DNA of 64,000 bases from an uncultured Alphaproteobacteria bacterium (GCA_963804495.1 CAWDQN010000010.1:258265-322264); one strand, 5' to 3'. Shown: positions 28,866 to 38,917, numbered from the stretch's first letter. The notes: generated from the letters alone by a model not told the origin. Program-made: numbers and translations.

Positions 28866-28925
28866 GGGGTCCAGGGGCCTCTCGGCCCCTGGCGGGTCCA
28901 GGGCAGAGCCCTGGCCTTTCCTTCC
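28866..28925 (-). repeat. REP-like repeat (copy 3)
   Basis: GGGGTCCAGGGGCC tctc GGCCCCTGG CGGGTCCAGGGC aga GCCCTGGCCTTTCCTTCC; abuts the mlaF stop codon. Confidence 0.9.
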
Positions 28926-29699
28926 TTACCGCCGCAACTCCATCTGGATCGGCCCCTGATGGCGGCCATGGGTAAACTGGTCCACCACCGCGTTGCCGCA
29001 GTCCATCAGTTCCGTCGCCCGGCCTTCCCACACGATGCGGCCCCGGTAGATCATCGCCGCGCGGTCGCCGATGCGCCGCGCGCTTGCCATGTCGTGGGTG
29101 ATCGCCACCGCCGTGCTGCCAAGGCGCTTGACGCAATCGACGATCAGATTGTCGATCACCGCCCCCATGATCGGGTCCAGCCCGGTGGTGGGTTCGTCAA
29201 AGAAAAGAATATCCGGCTGGGCGGCGATAGCGCGGGCCAGCGCCACCCGCTTCTGCATGCCGCCCGACAGTTCCGACGGCCACAGACTGCCTACCGACGC
29301 GGCCAGCCCGACTTGGGCCAGGACGTCCTCGGCGCGGGCGCGGGCGTGGCGGCGGTCGACCTTGTGCTGCGCGAGCAGGCCGAAGGCCACGTTCTCCCAA
29401 ACCGGCAGGCTGTCGAACAGGGCGCCGTTCTGAAACAGCATGCCGATGCGCGCGCGTACCAGTTCGGCGGCGCGACGGTCCATCCGCAGTACGTCGTGGC
29501 CGTCGATTTCGATGCTGCCGGAGTCAGGCTCGATCAGGCCGAGCACGCATTTCAGCAGCACCGACTTGCCGGTGCCGGAGCCGCCGATCACCACCATGGA
29601 CGTGCGCGGCGCGATGTCGAGATCGACGCCGTCGAGCACGACCTTGTCGCCGAACGCCTTGCACAGGCCGCGGATGCGAATTTTGGGCGTATCGCTCAT
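28926..29699 (-). CDS. mlaF: MlaF-like ABC ATP-binding protein
   Basis: GGSGTGKS, LSGGMQKRVALARA, FFDEPTTGLDP. Confidence 0.93.
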   Translation of the reverse strand: MSDTPKIRIRGLCKAFGDKVVLDGVDLDIAPRTSMVVIGGSGTGKSVLLKCVLGLIEPDSGSIEIDGHDVLRMDRRAAELVRARIGMLFQNGALFDSLPVWENVAFGLLAQHKVDRRHARARAEDVLAQVGLAASVGSLWPSELSGGMQKRVALARAIAAQPDILFFDEPTTGLDPIMGAVIDNLIVDCVKRLGSTAVAITHDMASARRIGDRAAMIYRGRIVWEGRATELMDCGNAVVDQFTHGRHQGPIQMELRR

Positions 29700-29718
29700 A
29701 GGGCGCGGCGCGTGCGGG

Positions 29719-30504
29719 TCATCTGGCGAAGAACAGTTCGGTCAGCACATAGTCGAAGGCGAGAATGAGCACGGAGGCCGATACCACCGCGTTGGTGGTC
29801 GCGGCCCCCACGCCCTGGGCACCGCCGCGGCTGTTGAAGCCGTTGTAGCTGCCCATCAGCGCCACCAGGAACCCGAACACCGCCGCCTTCACCAGCCCCG
29901 AGACGACATCGTCGGTGCGCACGAAGTCGAGCGTGTTGCTCAAATAGACTTCGGAATTATAGCCGAGCTTCACGGTGGCGATGACGAAGCCGCCCAGCAC
30001 GCCGAGGATGTCGGCCACCACCACCAACAGCGGCAGCGCCAGCAGCCCGCCGAGCAGGCGCGGCGTGATCAGATATTTCACCGGGTTGGTGGACAGGGTG
30101 CTGAGCGCGTCGATCTGGTCGGTGACGCGCATGGTGCCGAGCTCGGCGGCCATGGCGGCGCCCGCGCGTCCGGCCACCATCAGCCCGGCCAGCACCGGGC
30201 CGAGTTCGCGGGTGATCGACAGCACCACCAAATTGGCCACCGCGCTCTCGGCGTTGAAACGCGACAGGCCGGTGGCCGATTGCAGCGCCAGCACCATGCC
30301 GGTGAACACGGCCGTCAGCGCCACCACCGGCAGGCTGTAATAGCCGATGTCGAGAAACGAATGCAGGAACAGGCGTCCGTAAAACGGTGGCCGGGCGACG
30401 TGCGAAAGTCCGTCAAGACCGAACAGGGCGATGCTGCCGGTCAGCCGGCAGGCGCCCAGCAACGCGCGGCCGGTCGCCGCGACCGCATCGAGCAGGCAAT
30501 TCAC
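29719..30504 (-). CDS. mlaE: MlaE-like ABC permease
   Basis: RELGPVLAGLMVAGR, ELGTMRVTDQIDAL, GVGAATTNAVV. Confidence 0.95.
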   Translation of the reverse strand: MNCLLDAVAATGRALLGACRLTGSIALFGLDGLSHVARPPFYGRLFLHSFLDIGYYSLPVVALTAVFTGMVLALQSATGLSRFNAESAVANLVVLSITRELGPVLAGLMVAGRAGAAMAAELGTMRVTDQIDALSTLSTNPVKYLITPRLLGGLLALPLLVVVADILGVLGGFVIATVKLGYNSEVYLSNTLDFVRTDDVVSGLVKAAVFGFLVALMGSYNGFNSRGGAQGVGAATTNAVVSASVLILAFDYVLTELFFAR

Positions 30505-31655
30505 GCGCTGTAGGTCCGGGCGATCCGCGGGCTGAGGCCGGTGAGGATCTCGTAAGCATTGGTGCCCGCCGCCGCCGCAACGGCTTCCGGCGGGCAGCGC
30601 GGGCCCAGCAGCTCCAGCCAGTCGCCGGCGGCGAGCGCGGGATGGTCGGTGATGTCGCAGGTGGTCAGGTCCATGGACACACGGCCTACCAGCGCAACGG
30701 GGGGGCCGTCAAAATCCGGTGCGGCGGGCCAGACCGGCGGGGCGCCACTGGACAGCGCCCGGCGCCAGCCGTCGGCATAGCCGATGCCGAGCGTGGCGAT
30801 TCTTGTCGGGCGGGGCGCACGCCAGATGGCGTTGTAGCCGACGCTTTCGCCATCTGCGATGCCGCGGACTTGCAGGATGCGGGCGTGCAGCCGGGCCGCC
30901 ACCCGCATCGGGTTGGCGCCGCCCGGGGTGGGGTTGAGGCCGTACAGCGCAGCCCCCGGGCGGGCGAGATCGGAGGCGAATCGGGTGTCGAGGAACAGGC
31001 CGGATGAATTGGCGAGGCTGCGCGGGGCCGGCGGCAGCACGGCGCAGGCGGCGGCGAATCGTTGCAGTTGCGCGGCATTCGCCGGGTCGTCCGGGCGTTC
31101 CGAGGCGAGCAGATGGGAGAGAATGTACCGCACGTCGAGCCCGTCCAGCCGGTGCGGGTCGGCGGCGAGCACCGACAGGCCGGCGGGGTCCAGGCCGAGC
31201 CGGTTCATGCCGGTGTCGACATGCAGGAGCACCGGCAGGCGGCGGGCGAGGCGGCGGGCGAGCGCGGTCCAGCGGTCGATATCGGCGAGCGAGCCGAGCA
31301 CCGGGGTGATGTCGTGGGCGATATGGTCGCGCTCGCTGCCGGGCGGCGGGCCGTTCAGGGCGGCGAGCATGGCGCCCGGCAGCAGCGGGCGGAGCGCCTG
31401 GGCCTCGGTCAGATGGGCGGTGAAGAAATGACGGCATCCGGCCGCGTGCAAATACGGGGCGACCCTGGCCGCACCGAGACCGTAGGCGTCGGCCTTGACC
31501 ACAGCCGCAGCGGTGCCAGGGGCGGCGCGACGGCGCAGGTCCAGCCAATTGGCGGCGATGCCGGCGAGATCGACATGCAGGACGGCGGTGGCGAAAGACC
31601 CCTCCCCCGATCCCCGTCCCTCAAGGGAAGGGGGGGAAGGTTCTTCAGTCGCCAT
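30501..31655 (-). CDS. alr: Alanine racemase
   Basis: AVVKADAYG PLP-Lys motif, DTGMNRLG, RPGAALYG, IGYADG, GRVSMD. Confidence 0.96.
   Translation of the reverse strand: MATEEPSPPSLEGRGSGEGSFATAVLHVDLAGIAANWLDLRRRAAPGTAAAVVKADAYGLGAARVAPYLHAAGCRHFFTAHLTEAQALRPLLPGAMLAALNGPPPGSERDHIAHDITPVLGSLADIDRWTALARRLARRLPVLLHVDTGMNRLGLDPAGLSVLAADPHRLDGLDVRYILSHLLASERPDDPANAAQLQRFAAACAVLPPAPRSLANSSGLFLDTRFASDLARPGAALYGLNPTPGGANPMRVAARLHARILQVRGIADGESVGYNAIWRAPRPTRIATLGIGYADGWRRALSSGAPPVWPAAPDFDGPPVALVGRVSMDLTTCDITDHPALAAGDWLELLGPRCPPEAVAAAAGTNAYEILTGLSPRIARTYSA
31593..31646 (-). repeat. 54-bp imperfect palindrome in frame within the alr 5' end
   Basis: GAAGAACCTTCCCCCCCTTCCC-TTGA-GGGACGGGGATCGGGGGAGGGGTCTTTC, encodes EEPSPPSLEGRGSGEGSF. 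Confidence 0.8.
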
Positions 31656-33153
31656 CGTGGTGGAGGTCGAGGTCGGCGAACCGGGTGAACTCGCCCTCGA
31701 AGTAAAGATCGATCTTGCCGGTGGCGCCGTGCCGGTTTTTTTCGATCAGCAGCTCGGCGCGATTATGCACGCGCTCCATGTCGCGCTGCCATTTCTCTAC
31801 CACGGCGTGGAATTTTTCTTCGTTGTCGAAGCCAAGCTGCTTGGGCGCGCGCTGCTGCAGATAGTATTCGTCGCGGTAGACAAACGTCACCACGTCGGCG
31901 TCCTGCTCGATCGAGCCCGATTCGCGCAGATCCGACAGCAGCGGGCGCTTGTCTTCGCGGCTTTCCACCGCGCGCGACAGCTGCGACAGCGCCAGCACCG
32001 GCACCGACAGCTCCTTGGCGATGGCTTTCAGCCCCTGGGTGATCTGGCTGATTTCCAGCACCCGGTTTTCCGGCCGCGAGCCGGCGGACGGGCGCATGAG
32101 CTGCAGGTAGTCGACGACGATGAGCGACAACCCCTTGGTGCGCGCGAGGCGCCGGCAGCGGGTGCGCAGGGCCGAGAGCGTGATCGCCGGGCTGTCGTCG
32201 ATGTGCAGCGGCAGCGAGCCGATTTCACGCGATACCTGGACGAAGCGGTCGAAATCCTTCTGGCCGATGTCGCCGCGGCGGATGCGGTCGCCGGAGATGC
32301 GCGCCTCCTCGGCCAGCAGGCGGGTGGCGAGCTGCTCGGCGCTCATTTCCAGGGAGAAAATCGCGACCGAGCCGCGCGCCACCGCGTTCGGATCGGCGGC
32401 GCGGGCCTCGGCCTGGATGGCGCGGGCGGCGCCGAAGGCGATCTTGGTGGCCAGCGCCGTCTTGCCCATGCCGGGACGGCCGGCGAGGATCACCAGATCG
32501 GACGGGTGCAATCCGCCGGTTTTCTTATCGAGGTCGCGCAACCCGGTGGACAGGCCGGAGACGCCGCCGGAGCGGTGGAAGGCGCGCTCGGCGTTCTGGA
32601 TCGCGCCGGTCAGGGCCCGCTCGAAGGTGATGAAGCCGCCGTCGCTGACGCCGCGTTCGGCGAGGTTGAACAGTTCCTGCTCGGCGATTTCGATCTGTGC
32701 TCGTCCGTCCAGCTCGGTGCCGGCGCCGAAGGCGTTGTTGACCACCGTCTCGCCGATATCGATGAGCTGGCGGCGCAACCAGGCGTCGGTGATCGCCCTT
32801 CCGTACTCGCCGGCGTTGATGATGCCCACCATGGCGCCGAGCAGTTGCGCCAGGTAGGTGGTGCCGCCGACCTCGTCGAGCACGCCGGAATGCTCGAATT
32901 CGGCCTTCAGCGTGACCGCGTCGGCGAGCTGACCGGCCTCGATGCGCCGGGCGATGGCGGCGAAGATGCGGCCGTGAATGGGGTCGACGAAGTGCTCGGC
33001 GACGAGGAATTCGCTGACGCGCTCATAGGCCTTGTTGTTGGCCAGCAGAGCGCCGAGCAGCGCCTGCTCGGCCTGCTGGTTGGACGGCGGCATCCGCTGC
33101 GACAAGCCGAGCAGCGGGGACTGGGACTCGATTGTGTTCACCCTGGTGAGCAT
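31645..33153 (-). CDS. dnaB: Replicative DNA helicase
   Basis: AEQALLGALL, AGRPGMGKT, VDYLQL, LSQLSR, LRESGSIEQDAD; start could also be GTG 33141. Confidence 0.97.
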   Translation of the reverse strand: MLTRVNTIESQSPLLGLSQRMPPSNQQAEQALLGALLANNKAYERVSEFLVAEHFVDPIHGRIFAAIARRIEAGQLADAVTLKAEFEHSGVLDEVGGTTYLAQLLGAMVGIINAGEYGRAITDAWLRRQLIDIGETVVNNAFGAGTELDGRAQIEIAEQELFNLAERGVSDGGFITFERALTGAIQNAERAFHRSGGVSGLSTGLRDLDKKTGGLHPSDLVILAGRPGMGKTALATKIAFGAARAIQAEARAADPNAVARGSVAIFSLEMSAEQLATRLLAEEARISGDRIRRGDIGQKDFDRFVQVSREIGSLPLHIDDSPAITLSALRTRCRRLARTKGLSLIVVDYLQLMRPSAGSRPENRVLEISQITQGLKAIAKELSVPVLALSQLSRAVESREDKRPLLSDLRESGSIEQDADVVTFVYRDEYYLQQRAPKQLGFDNEEKFHAVVEKWQRDMERVHNRAELLIEKNRHGATGKIDLYFEGEFTRFADLDLHHDGD

Positions 33154-33189
33154 AGGCCGGATGCGGGCGGTAACCCAGAGGTCGCAGGG

Positions 33190-33198
33190 TGTGGATAA
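33190..33198 (-). promoter_or_regulatory. Perfect DnaA box upstream of dnaB
   Basis: TGTGGATAA (TTATCCACA on the minus strand). Confidence 0.6.
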
Positions 33199-33259
33199 CG
33201 GGGATAGGGGGGACATCCGGGGCTCCGCCCCGACCGCCTTGCTTAACCATTGAGGTCAA

Positions 33260-33328
33260 GGGGTCTGAGACCCGTCGCGCCGAAAGGCGCGCTGCGCGCT
33301 GGGGCGGGTCCGGGACAGAGCCCTGGCC
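33260..33328 (-). repeat. REP-like repeat, long variant (copy 4)
   Basis: GGGGTC...GTCGCGCCGAAAGGCGCGCTGCGCGCTGGGGCGGGTCCGGGACAGAGCCCTGGCC. Confidence 0.75.
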
Positions 33329-33333
33329 GTCGT

Positions 33334-34569
33334 TCAAGCAATTGCCCGCTTCCGCGCCAGCGCACGTTCCGCCTCGAACACATAATCCCGCGTCAGTGGC
33401 ACCGCCGCCTGATCGCGCGCCAGTTGAATCTGAAACACCATCTGCCCCTCGCGGCGGAACGTCAGCTCCGAGCCGGACAAATAGAACTCGAACATCCGAC
33501 AGAACCGCTCATCGTACAGCGCCGCGATGGTGTCGCGGTTGGCGGCGAAGCGACGGCGCCAGTGGCGCAGGGTCTCGGCGTAGTGCAGACGCAGGATTTC
33601 GATGTCGGTGGTGACCAGGCCCGCCTTCTCGATCGCTGGCAGCACTTCTGACAGCGCCGGGCAGTAGCCGCCCGGGAAGATGTATTTGGCCACCCACGGA
33701 TTGGTTCGGCAGGGCCCGGTCTGGTTGCCGATGGCGTGCAGCAAGGCCACGCCGTCGGGCGCGAGGCAGCGCTTCACCACATCGAAGAACCCACGGTAGT
33801 GAACGACGCCGACATGCTCGAACATGCCGACTGAGACGATGCGGTCGAAGCGCCGGTTCATGCTGCGGTAGTCCAGCAGCTCGAAACCGACCCGGTCGGA
33901 CAGGCCCTCGGCCGCGGCGCGCGCCTGCGCCTCGGCGAGCTGCTCGCGCGAGAGGGTGATGCCGGTGACGCGCGCGCCATAGTCGCGGGCGAGCGTCAGC
34001 GCCATGCCGCCCCAGCCGCTGCCGATGTCGAGCACCTCCAGGCCGGGCCGGTCGAGCAGCAGTTTGGCGGCAATGTGGCGCTTCTTGGCCGCCTGCGCTT
34101 CCTCCAGGGTTTCGTTGCCGGTGGGGAAATAGGCGCAGGAATATTGCCGGTCGCGGTCGAGGAACAGCGAATACAGCCGGCCGTTCAGGTCGTAATGGTG
34201 GGCGACATTGCGCTGGGCGCGCTTCGCCGGGTTGAACTGCGCCGTCCACCGGAGCAGCCAGCCGACGAATTCATGCAGGTTCATCAATTCCTGCTGCGAT
34301 CCCTCGGCGGCCCGGTTGCAGAGCATCAGGTCGATCACGTCGTAAATGCCGCAGCCGACCGGCACCAGCCCGCCCTCCATGTAGGCTTCGCCCAGGGCGA
34401 GGGCCGGGTTGAGGGCGATGCGGCGGACGGTGCGCTCGTCCTTGATGTCGATCCGGGCCTCGGGGCCGGGCGGGCCACCGTAGGTGGTCTGCCTGCCATC
34501 CGGCCATCTGATGGTCAGACGCCCGAGGACAATGAACCGGCGAAGCACACGATCCAGGACAGCGCGCAT
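33334..34569 (-). CDS. cfa: Cyclopropane-fatty-acyl-phospholipid synthase family methyltransferase
   Basis: NVAHHYDL, LDIGSGWGG, VSVGMFEHVG, KYIFPGG, HYAETL. Confidence 0.93.
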   Translation of the reverse strand: MRAVLDRVLRRFIVLGRLTIRWPDGRQTTYGGPPGPEARIDIKDERTVRRIALNPALALGEAYMEGGLVPVGCGIYDVIDLMLCNRAAEGSQQELMNLHEFVGWLLRWTAQFNPAKRAQRNVAHHYDLNGRLYSLFLDRDRQYSCAYFPTGNETLEEAQAAKKRHIAAKLLLDRPGLEVLDIGSGWGGMALTLARDYGARVTGITLSREQLAEAQARAAAEGLSDRVGFELLDYRSMNRRFDRIVSVGMFEHVGVVHYRGFFDVVKRCLAPDGVALLHAIGNQTGPCRTNPWVAKYIFPGGYCPALSEVLPAIEKAGLVTTDIEILRLHYAETLRHWRRRFAANRDTIAALYDERFCRMFEFYLSGSELTFRREGQMVFQIQLARDQAAVPLTRDYVFEAERALARKRAIA

Positions 34570-34706
34570 GGCTTCCCTCTTCCGCATCCCGCACAATGGT
34601 TGCGCAAGAAGTGGATTTGGAGCGCCTGCGATTTCAAGAGGCGGTGGCGATTAAGAAACGGCGCGACACCGCCCTGGCCCCGCGCGGAGGGGCTAGGACA
34701 GGGGGG

Positions 34707-35273
34707 TCAGGCCGGCTGTTCGGTCGGCGCCTCGAACAGGTCCTCGGCGCGGAGGATGTCTTCCTCGGGTTCCTCCACCGCGGTGACGCGCTCACCGCGG
34801 GCCTGCTTTGCGGCTTCCTCGGGGCTGCGCGCCACGTTGACGGTGACGGTGATCACCACCTCGGGATGCAGGACCACACGGACATCGGTCAGACCAAGCG
34901 TCTTGATCGGATGCTCCAGCACCACCTGCGCGCGGTTGATGCTCAGCCCGGCGGCGGTGCTGGCGTCGGCGATGTCGCGCGAACTGACCGAGCCATACAG
35001 GCTCCCGGACTCGCCGGCCTGGCGGATGATGATGACCGACAGACCGCCGACCCGCTCGGCGACGCGTTCGGCCTCCTCGCGGCGCTTAAGGTTCTGCGCC
35101 TCAAGCTGGGCGCGCTGCTGCTCGAATTTCGCCAGGTTGTCCTTGTTGGCGCGGATCGCTTTCTTCTGCGGCAGCAGGTAATTCCGGGCGAAGCCGGGCT
35201 TCACCTTCACCACCTCGCCCATCTGCCCGAGCTTGTCGACGCGCTGGAGCAGGATCAGTTCCACGGATGACAT
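34707..35273 (-). CDS. rplI: 50S ribosomal protein L9
   Basis: [22 protein letters not shown]; LYGSVS. Confidence 0.98.
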   Translation of the reverse strand: MSSVELILLQRVDKLGQMGEVVKVKPGFARNYLLPQKKAIRANKDNLAKFEQQRAQLEAQNLKRREEAERVAERVGGLSVIIIRQAGESGSLYGSVSSRDIADASTAAGLSINRAQVVLEHPIKTLGLTDVRVVLHPEVVITVTVNVARSPEEAAKQARGERVTAVEEPEEDILRAEDLFEAPTEQPA

Positions 35274-35286
35274 GGGGCGTGCTCCC

Positions 35287-35562
35287 TCAGGCCACGACGT
35301 AGGGCAGCAGGGCGAGGAAGCGGGCGCGCTTGATGGCGTTCGCCAGCTCGCGCTGCTTCTTGGCCGACACCGCGGTGATGCGGCTGGGGACGATCTTGCC
35401 GCGCTCGGACAGGAAGCGCGAGAGCAGGCGCACGTCCTTGTAATCGATCTTCGGCGCGCTCGGCCCGGAGAACGGGCAGGACTTGCGGCGGCGGTAGAAC
35501 GGCCGGCGGGCGCCGACCGCGGCGCGGCGGGCGGCCGGGTTCACATCGGATGAGTCGGACAT
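35287..35562 (-). CDS. rpsR: 30S ribosomal protein S18
   Basis: [26 protein letters not shown]...[12 protein letters not shown]. Confidence 0.98.
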   Translation of the reverse strand: MSDSSDVNPAARRAAVGARRPFYRRRKSCPFSGPSAPKIDYKDVRLLSRFLSERGKIVPSRITAVSAKKQRELANAIKRARFLALLPYVVA

Positions 35563-35568
35563 GCTTGC

Positions 35569-36102
35569 TTAATCCTCCAGGCCGCGGAAGCCGCCGTCGT
35601 GGTCGCGCGGCATGCTGTCCTCGCGGGCGCGGAATTCCTCGCGGTCGTCGTAGCCGCGCTTGCGGCCGGACTCGAAGCGGCCAGCCGGCTTCGGACCGCG
35701 GAAGCTGCGTTCGCGATCGTCGGACTTGCGCGACAGGATGGCGCTCGCGGACTCCTCGATCGAATCTACCCGGATGGTCATGAAGCGCAGCACGTCTTCG
35801 TTCAGACGGAGCTGGCGTTCCATTTCCAGCACCGAGGCCGGAGAGGCGTCGATGCCGAGCAGCAGATAGTGGCCCTTGCGGTTCTTCTTGATCCGGTAAG
35901 CCAGGCTGCGCAGGCCCCAGTATTCGCGCTTTTTCACCGAGACGCTGGGGCGCGGGCCTTCGGGTTCGCCCTCGGCCGGCGGCGGTGGCGGCGCGATGCC
36001 CTTGTCGGCGTCGAGCTGGGCGCCGATGGCGTCGGCAATGGCCTCGACCTGCTGTTGCGTGACGTCATTCCGTGCGATGAACACGGTTTCATAGAGCGGC
36101 AT
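35569..36102 (-). CDS. rpsF: 30S ribosomal protein S6 with a Pro-rich insertion
   Basis: MPLYETVFIAR, EYWGLRSLAYRIKKNRKGHY, EDVLRF; ATG at 36102. Confidence 0.97.
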   Translation of the reverse strand: MPLYETVFIARNDVTQQQVEAIADAIGAQLDADKGIAPPPPPAEGEPEGPRPSVSVKKREYWGLRSLAYRIKKNRKGHYLLLGIDASPASVLEMERQLRLNEDVLRFMTIRVDSIEESASAILSRKSDDRERSFRGPKPAGRFESGRKRGYDDREEFRAREDSMPRDHDGGFRGLED

Positions 36103-36209
36103 GGGGTCTCCCTCTGGCTTGTCTCCGCCCCGGACCATCGGGTCCCGCGCCACCATTGGCGCGTGGGCATAGCCGGGAGAGGCCGTCTCCACCCGGCAGG
36201 GGAGGCGCG

Positions 36210-36238
36210 TGGATAACGATGGTTGCCGCCCTATGCAA
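36210..36238 (-). promoter_or_regulatory. Putative sigma70 promoter of rpsF
   Basis: Minus strand TTGCAT-N17-TATCCA. Confidence 0.45.
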
Positions 36239-36269
36239 GCCCTAAACTTGCCGAGCGCCGCGCCAACGG

Positions 36270-37092
36270 GGGATGGAAGCAAGGCCTTGGACTCAGGCGT
36301 CGCCTTGGCTCTGTCGTTGCGGTTTCTGAGGGACAGCGTGGGCGCGGGCTGGTAAGGGCGGCTCCGGTCTGGCATCGGGGCCGGAAAGAGGATGCGCGGA
36401 TGGTCCAGGGGTCGGCAACACAAGCTGGGATGGTGCCGGGTGCGCCGTGCCCGGCGATGCCGCGCCATCATCGGATGCACATCGCGCGCGCCGCCGCCTG
36501 GTGCGCGAAGGGGCGGAGCCGCGCGCCGTGGGGCAGGTCCTCGCCCGACGCTGGCTGCGCACGCTTTCGCTGTATTGCGTCGCCCTGGTGAGTTTCAGTT
36601 TCTCCCTCGGGCGGACGTCACCGGCGCCGTATTTCTTCCTGCAGGGCCAGGGTCCGTTTTCCGATCGCATCCCGGCGGTCTCGTGGTCGCTGGTCCTGGA
36701 GCGCTATTTCTATTTTTTCTTTCCTCTGCTGCTGGCGGTCGCGCTGGCCCTGGGCGGACCGCGTCTGCGCAGCGCCCGGGGCGGTGGCGGCGCCTGCCCT
36801 GGTGGCGATCATCGGCTGCGCCGCGGCGCGCATCGCCACCAGCTATGGCCTGCTGCCGGTGAGGTGAATTGAATCATGGCCACCGGTCAATCCCTTCCTG
36901 CGGCTGACAGCACTGCCCACGGTGTGCGCGCCGCCTGTGTGACCGACCCTTGGACGGCGACGACGGCGCGTGTCCTGTCGTCGCGCGTGCGGCCACGGGT
37001 GATCCTCAGGCTGCGTCGCCGGCGCCTGGCTTGCCTACCGCCTGGTGGAACGGCCGTTCCTGGCGTTGCGTGGCCGCCTCGTTCCGGGCTGA
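36270..37092 (+). pseudogene. Decayed acyltransferase family 3 (OafA-like) gene
   Basis: Fragments in different frames: RRWLRTLSLY, FFLQ, VSWSLVLERYFYFFFPLL and C-terminal AWLAYRLVERPFLALR; much shorter than an intact gene; boundaries approximate. Confidence 0.7.
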
Positions 37093-37197
37093 TGTTGATG
37101 CTGCCCTGGGCGGCGGAGATTGACAGGGGAGCGGGGCGAAGCTACGCCGCGCGCCCAACCCGCTTCCCTCCTCTCCGATCCGGGAACCTGACGCAGA

Positions 37198-38154
37198 ATG
37201 GCTATTCACGCCTTCATTTTCCCGGGCCAGGGTAGCCAGGCCGTCGGCATGGGACGCGACCTCGCCGCCGCCTTCGCGCCCGCGCGCGAGGTGTTCGAGG
37301 CGGTCGACGAGACGCTGAAACAGAAGCTGTCCAAGCTGATGTTCGAGGGGCCGGGCGAGGACCTCACACTGACGGAGAACACCCAGCCGGCGCTGCTGGC
37401 GCATTCGCTCGCGGTGCTGCGGGTGTTGGAGCGGGAGGGCGGGATTTGTCTGGCCGACCGCGCGGTGGTGGTGGCGGGGCATTCGCTCGGCGAATACACC
37501 GCCCTGGCGGCGGCCGGGGCGTTCACCCCGGCGCAGGCGGCGGCGCTGCTGCGGCTGCGCGGGCGGGCGATGCAGAAGGCGGTGCCGGCCGGGGCGGGCG
37601 CCATGGCGGCCCTGCTCGGCGTTGAGATGGAGTTGGCACGCGCGATCTGCGCGGAGGCCGCCGAAGGGCCGGACGGGCGCCAGGTGGTCGAGCCGGCCAA
37701 TGACAACGGCGGCGGGCAGGTGGTGATTTCCGGCGACAAGGCGGCGGTGGATCGCGCCATTGAGGTGGCCAAGAGCAAAGGGGTGCGGCGGGCCATGCTG
37801 CTGCCGGTTTCCGCGCCCTTCCATTGTGCCCTGATGGCGCCGGCGGCCGACGCCATGGCTGAGGCACTGGAAAATTCGCCCCCGGCGGCGCCGCTGGTGC
37901 CGGTGGTGACCAATGTCTCGGCCGCCAAGGCGAGCGACCCGGCCGAGATCGCCCGTTTGCTGGTCGAGCAGGTGACCGCCACCGTACGTTGGCGCGAATG
38001 CGTGCAGGCCATGGTCGGGCTGGGGGTGGACAGTTTCGTCGAACTCGGTGCCGGCAGGGTACTGTCCGGTCTGGTGCGGCGCATTTCTCCCGATGCCGCC
38101 GCAACGTCGGCCGGCACGCCGGCCGAAATCGAGCAATTGCTGAAATTCCTGTAA
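37198..38154 (+). CDS. fabD: Malonyl-CoA:ACP transacylase
   Basis: FPGQGSQ, TQPAL, GHSLGEY, VSAPFH. Confidence 0.97.
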   Translation: MAIHAFIFPGQGSQAVGMGRDLAAAFAPAREVFEAVDETLKQKLSKLMFEGPGEDLTLTENTQPALLAHSLAVLRVLEREGGICLADRAVVVAGHSLGEYTALAAAGAFTPAQAAALLRLRGRAMQKAVPAGAGAMAALLGVEMELARAICAEAAEGPDGRQVVEPANDNGGGQVVISGDKAAVDRAIEVAKSKGVRRAMLLPVSAPFHCALMAPAADAMAEALENSPPAAPLVPVVTNVSAAKASDPAEIARLLVEQVTATVRWRECVQAMVGLGVDSFVELGAGRVLSGLVRRISPDAAATSAGTPAEIEQLLKFL

Positions 38155-38167
38155 CGGGAGCGCCGTT

Positions 38168-38917
38168 ATGTTCCGGTTGGACGGCAAGACGGCCCTGGTG
38201 ACCGGCGCTTCGGGCGGCATCGGCGCGGCGATCGCGCGCACGCTGCATGCGCAGGGGGCGGCGGTGGCGCTGTCGGGCACTCGGCGCGAGGCGCTGGAGG
38301 CGCTGGCGGCGGAATTGGGCGAGCGCGCGCCAGGGAGAGCGCATGTCTGCCCTGCCGATTTGCGCGACCCGGCGGCGCCGGAGGCGCTGGTGGCGGCCGC
38401 CGAGGCGGCGGCGGGACCGCTCGCCATCCTGGTCAACAATGCCGGCTTCACCCGCGACATGCTGGCGCTGCGCATGAAGGACGAAGACTGGCAGGCGGTG
38501 CTGGATGTCGATCTGACGGCGCCGTTCCGGCTGGCGCGCTCGGCCCTGAAGGGAATGGTTCGCCGGCGGGCCGGGCGGATCGTATCGATTTCGTCCATTG
38601 TCGGCAGCACCGGCAATGCGGGGCAGGCGAACTATGCCGCCGCCAAGGCGGGGCTGGCCGGCATGACCAAGGCGCTGGCGCAGGAAGTGGCCTCGCGCGG
38701 CATTACGGTGAACGTGGTGGCGCCCGGCTTCGTCGCGACGCCGATGACCGACGCGCTGTCGGATGCGCAGAAGGCCAAACTGGCCGAGACGATCCCGCTG
38801 GGCCGCCTCGGCCAGCCGGCGGACGTTGCGGCGGCGGTGGCCTATCTTGCCAGCGACGAGGCGGCCTGGGTGACCGGCGCGACGCTACATGTCAATGGCG
38901 GCATGGCGATGCTCTAA
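38168..38917 (+). CDS. fabG: 3-oxoacyl-ACP reductase
   Basis: TGASGGIG, NNAG, NYAAAKAG, VAPGF. Confidence 0.96.
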   Translation: MFRLDGKTALVTGASGGIGAAIARTLHAQGAAVALSGTRREALEALAAELGERAPGRAHVCPADLRDPAAPEALVAAAEAAAGPLAILVNNAGFTRDMLALRMKDEDWQAVLDVDLTAPFRLARSALKGMVRRRAGRIVSISSIVGSTGNAGQANYAAAKAGLAGMTKALAQEVASRGITVNVVAPGFVATPMTDALSDAQKAKLAETIPLGRLGQPADVAAAVAYLASDEAAWVTGATLHVNGGMAML

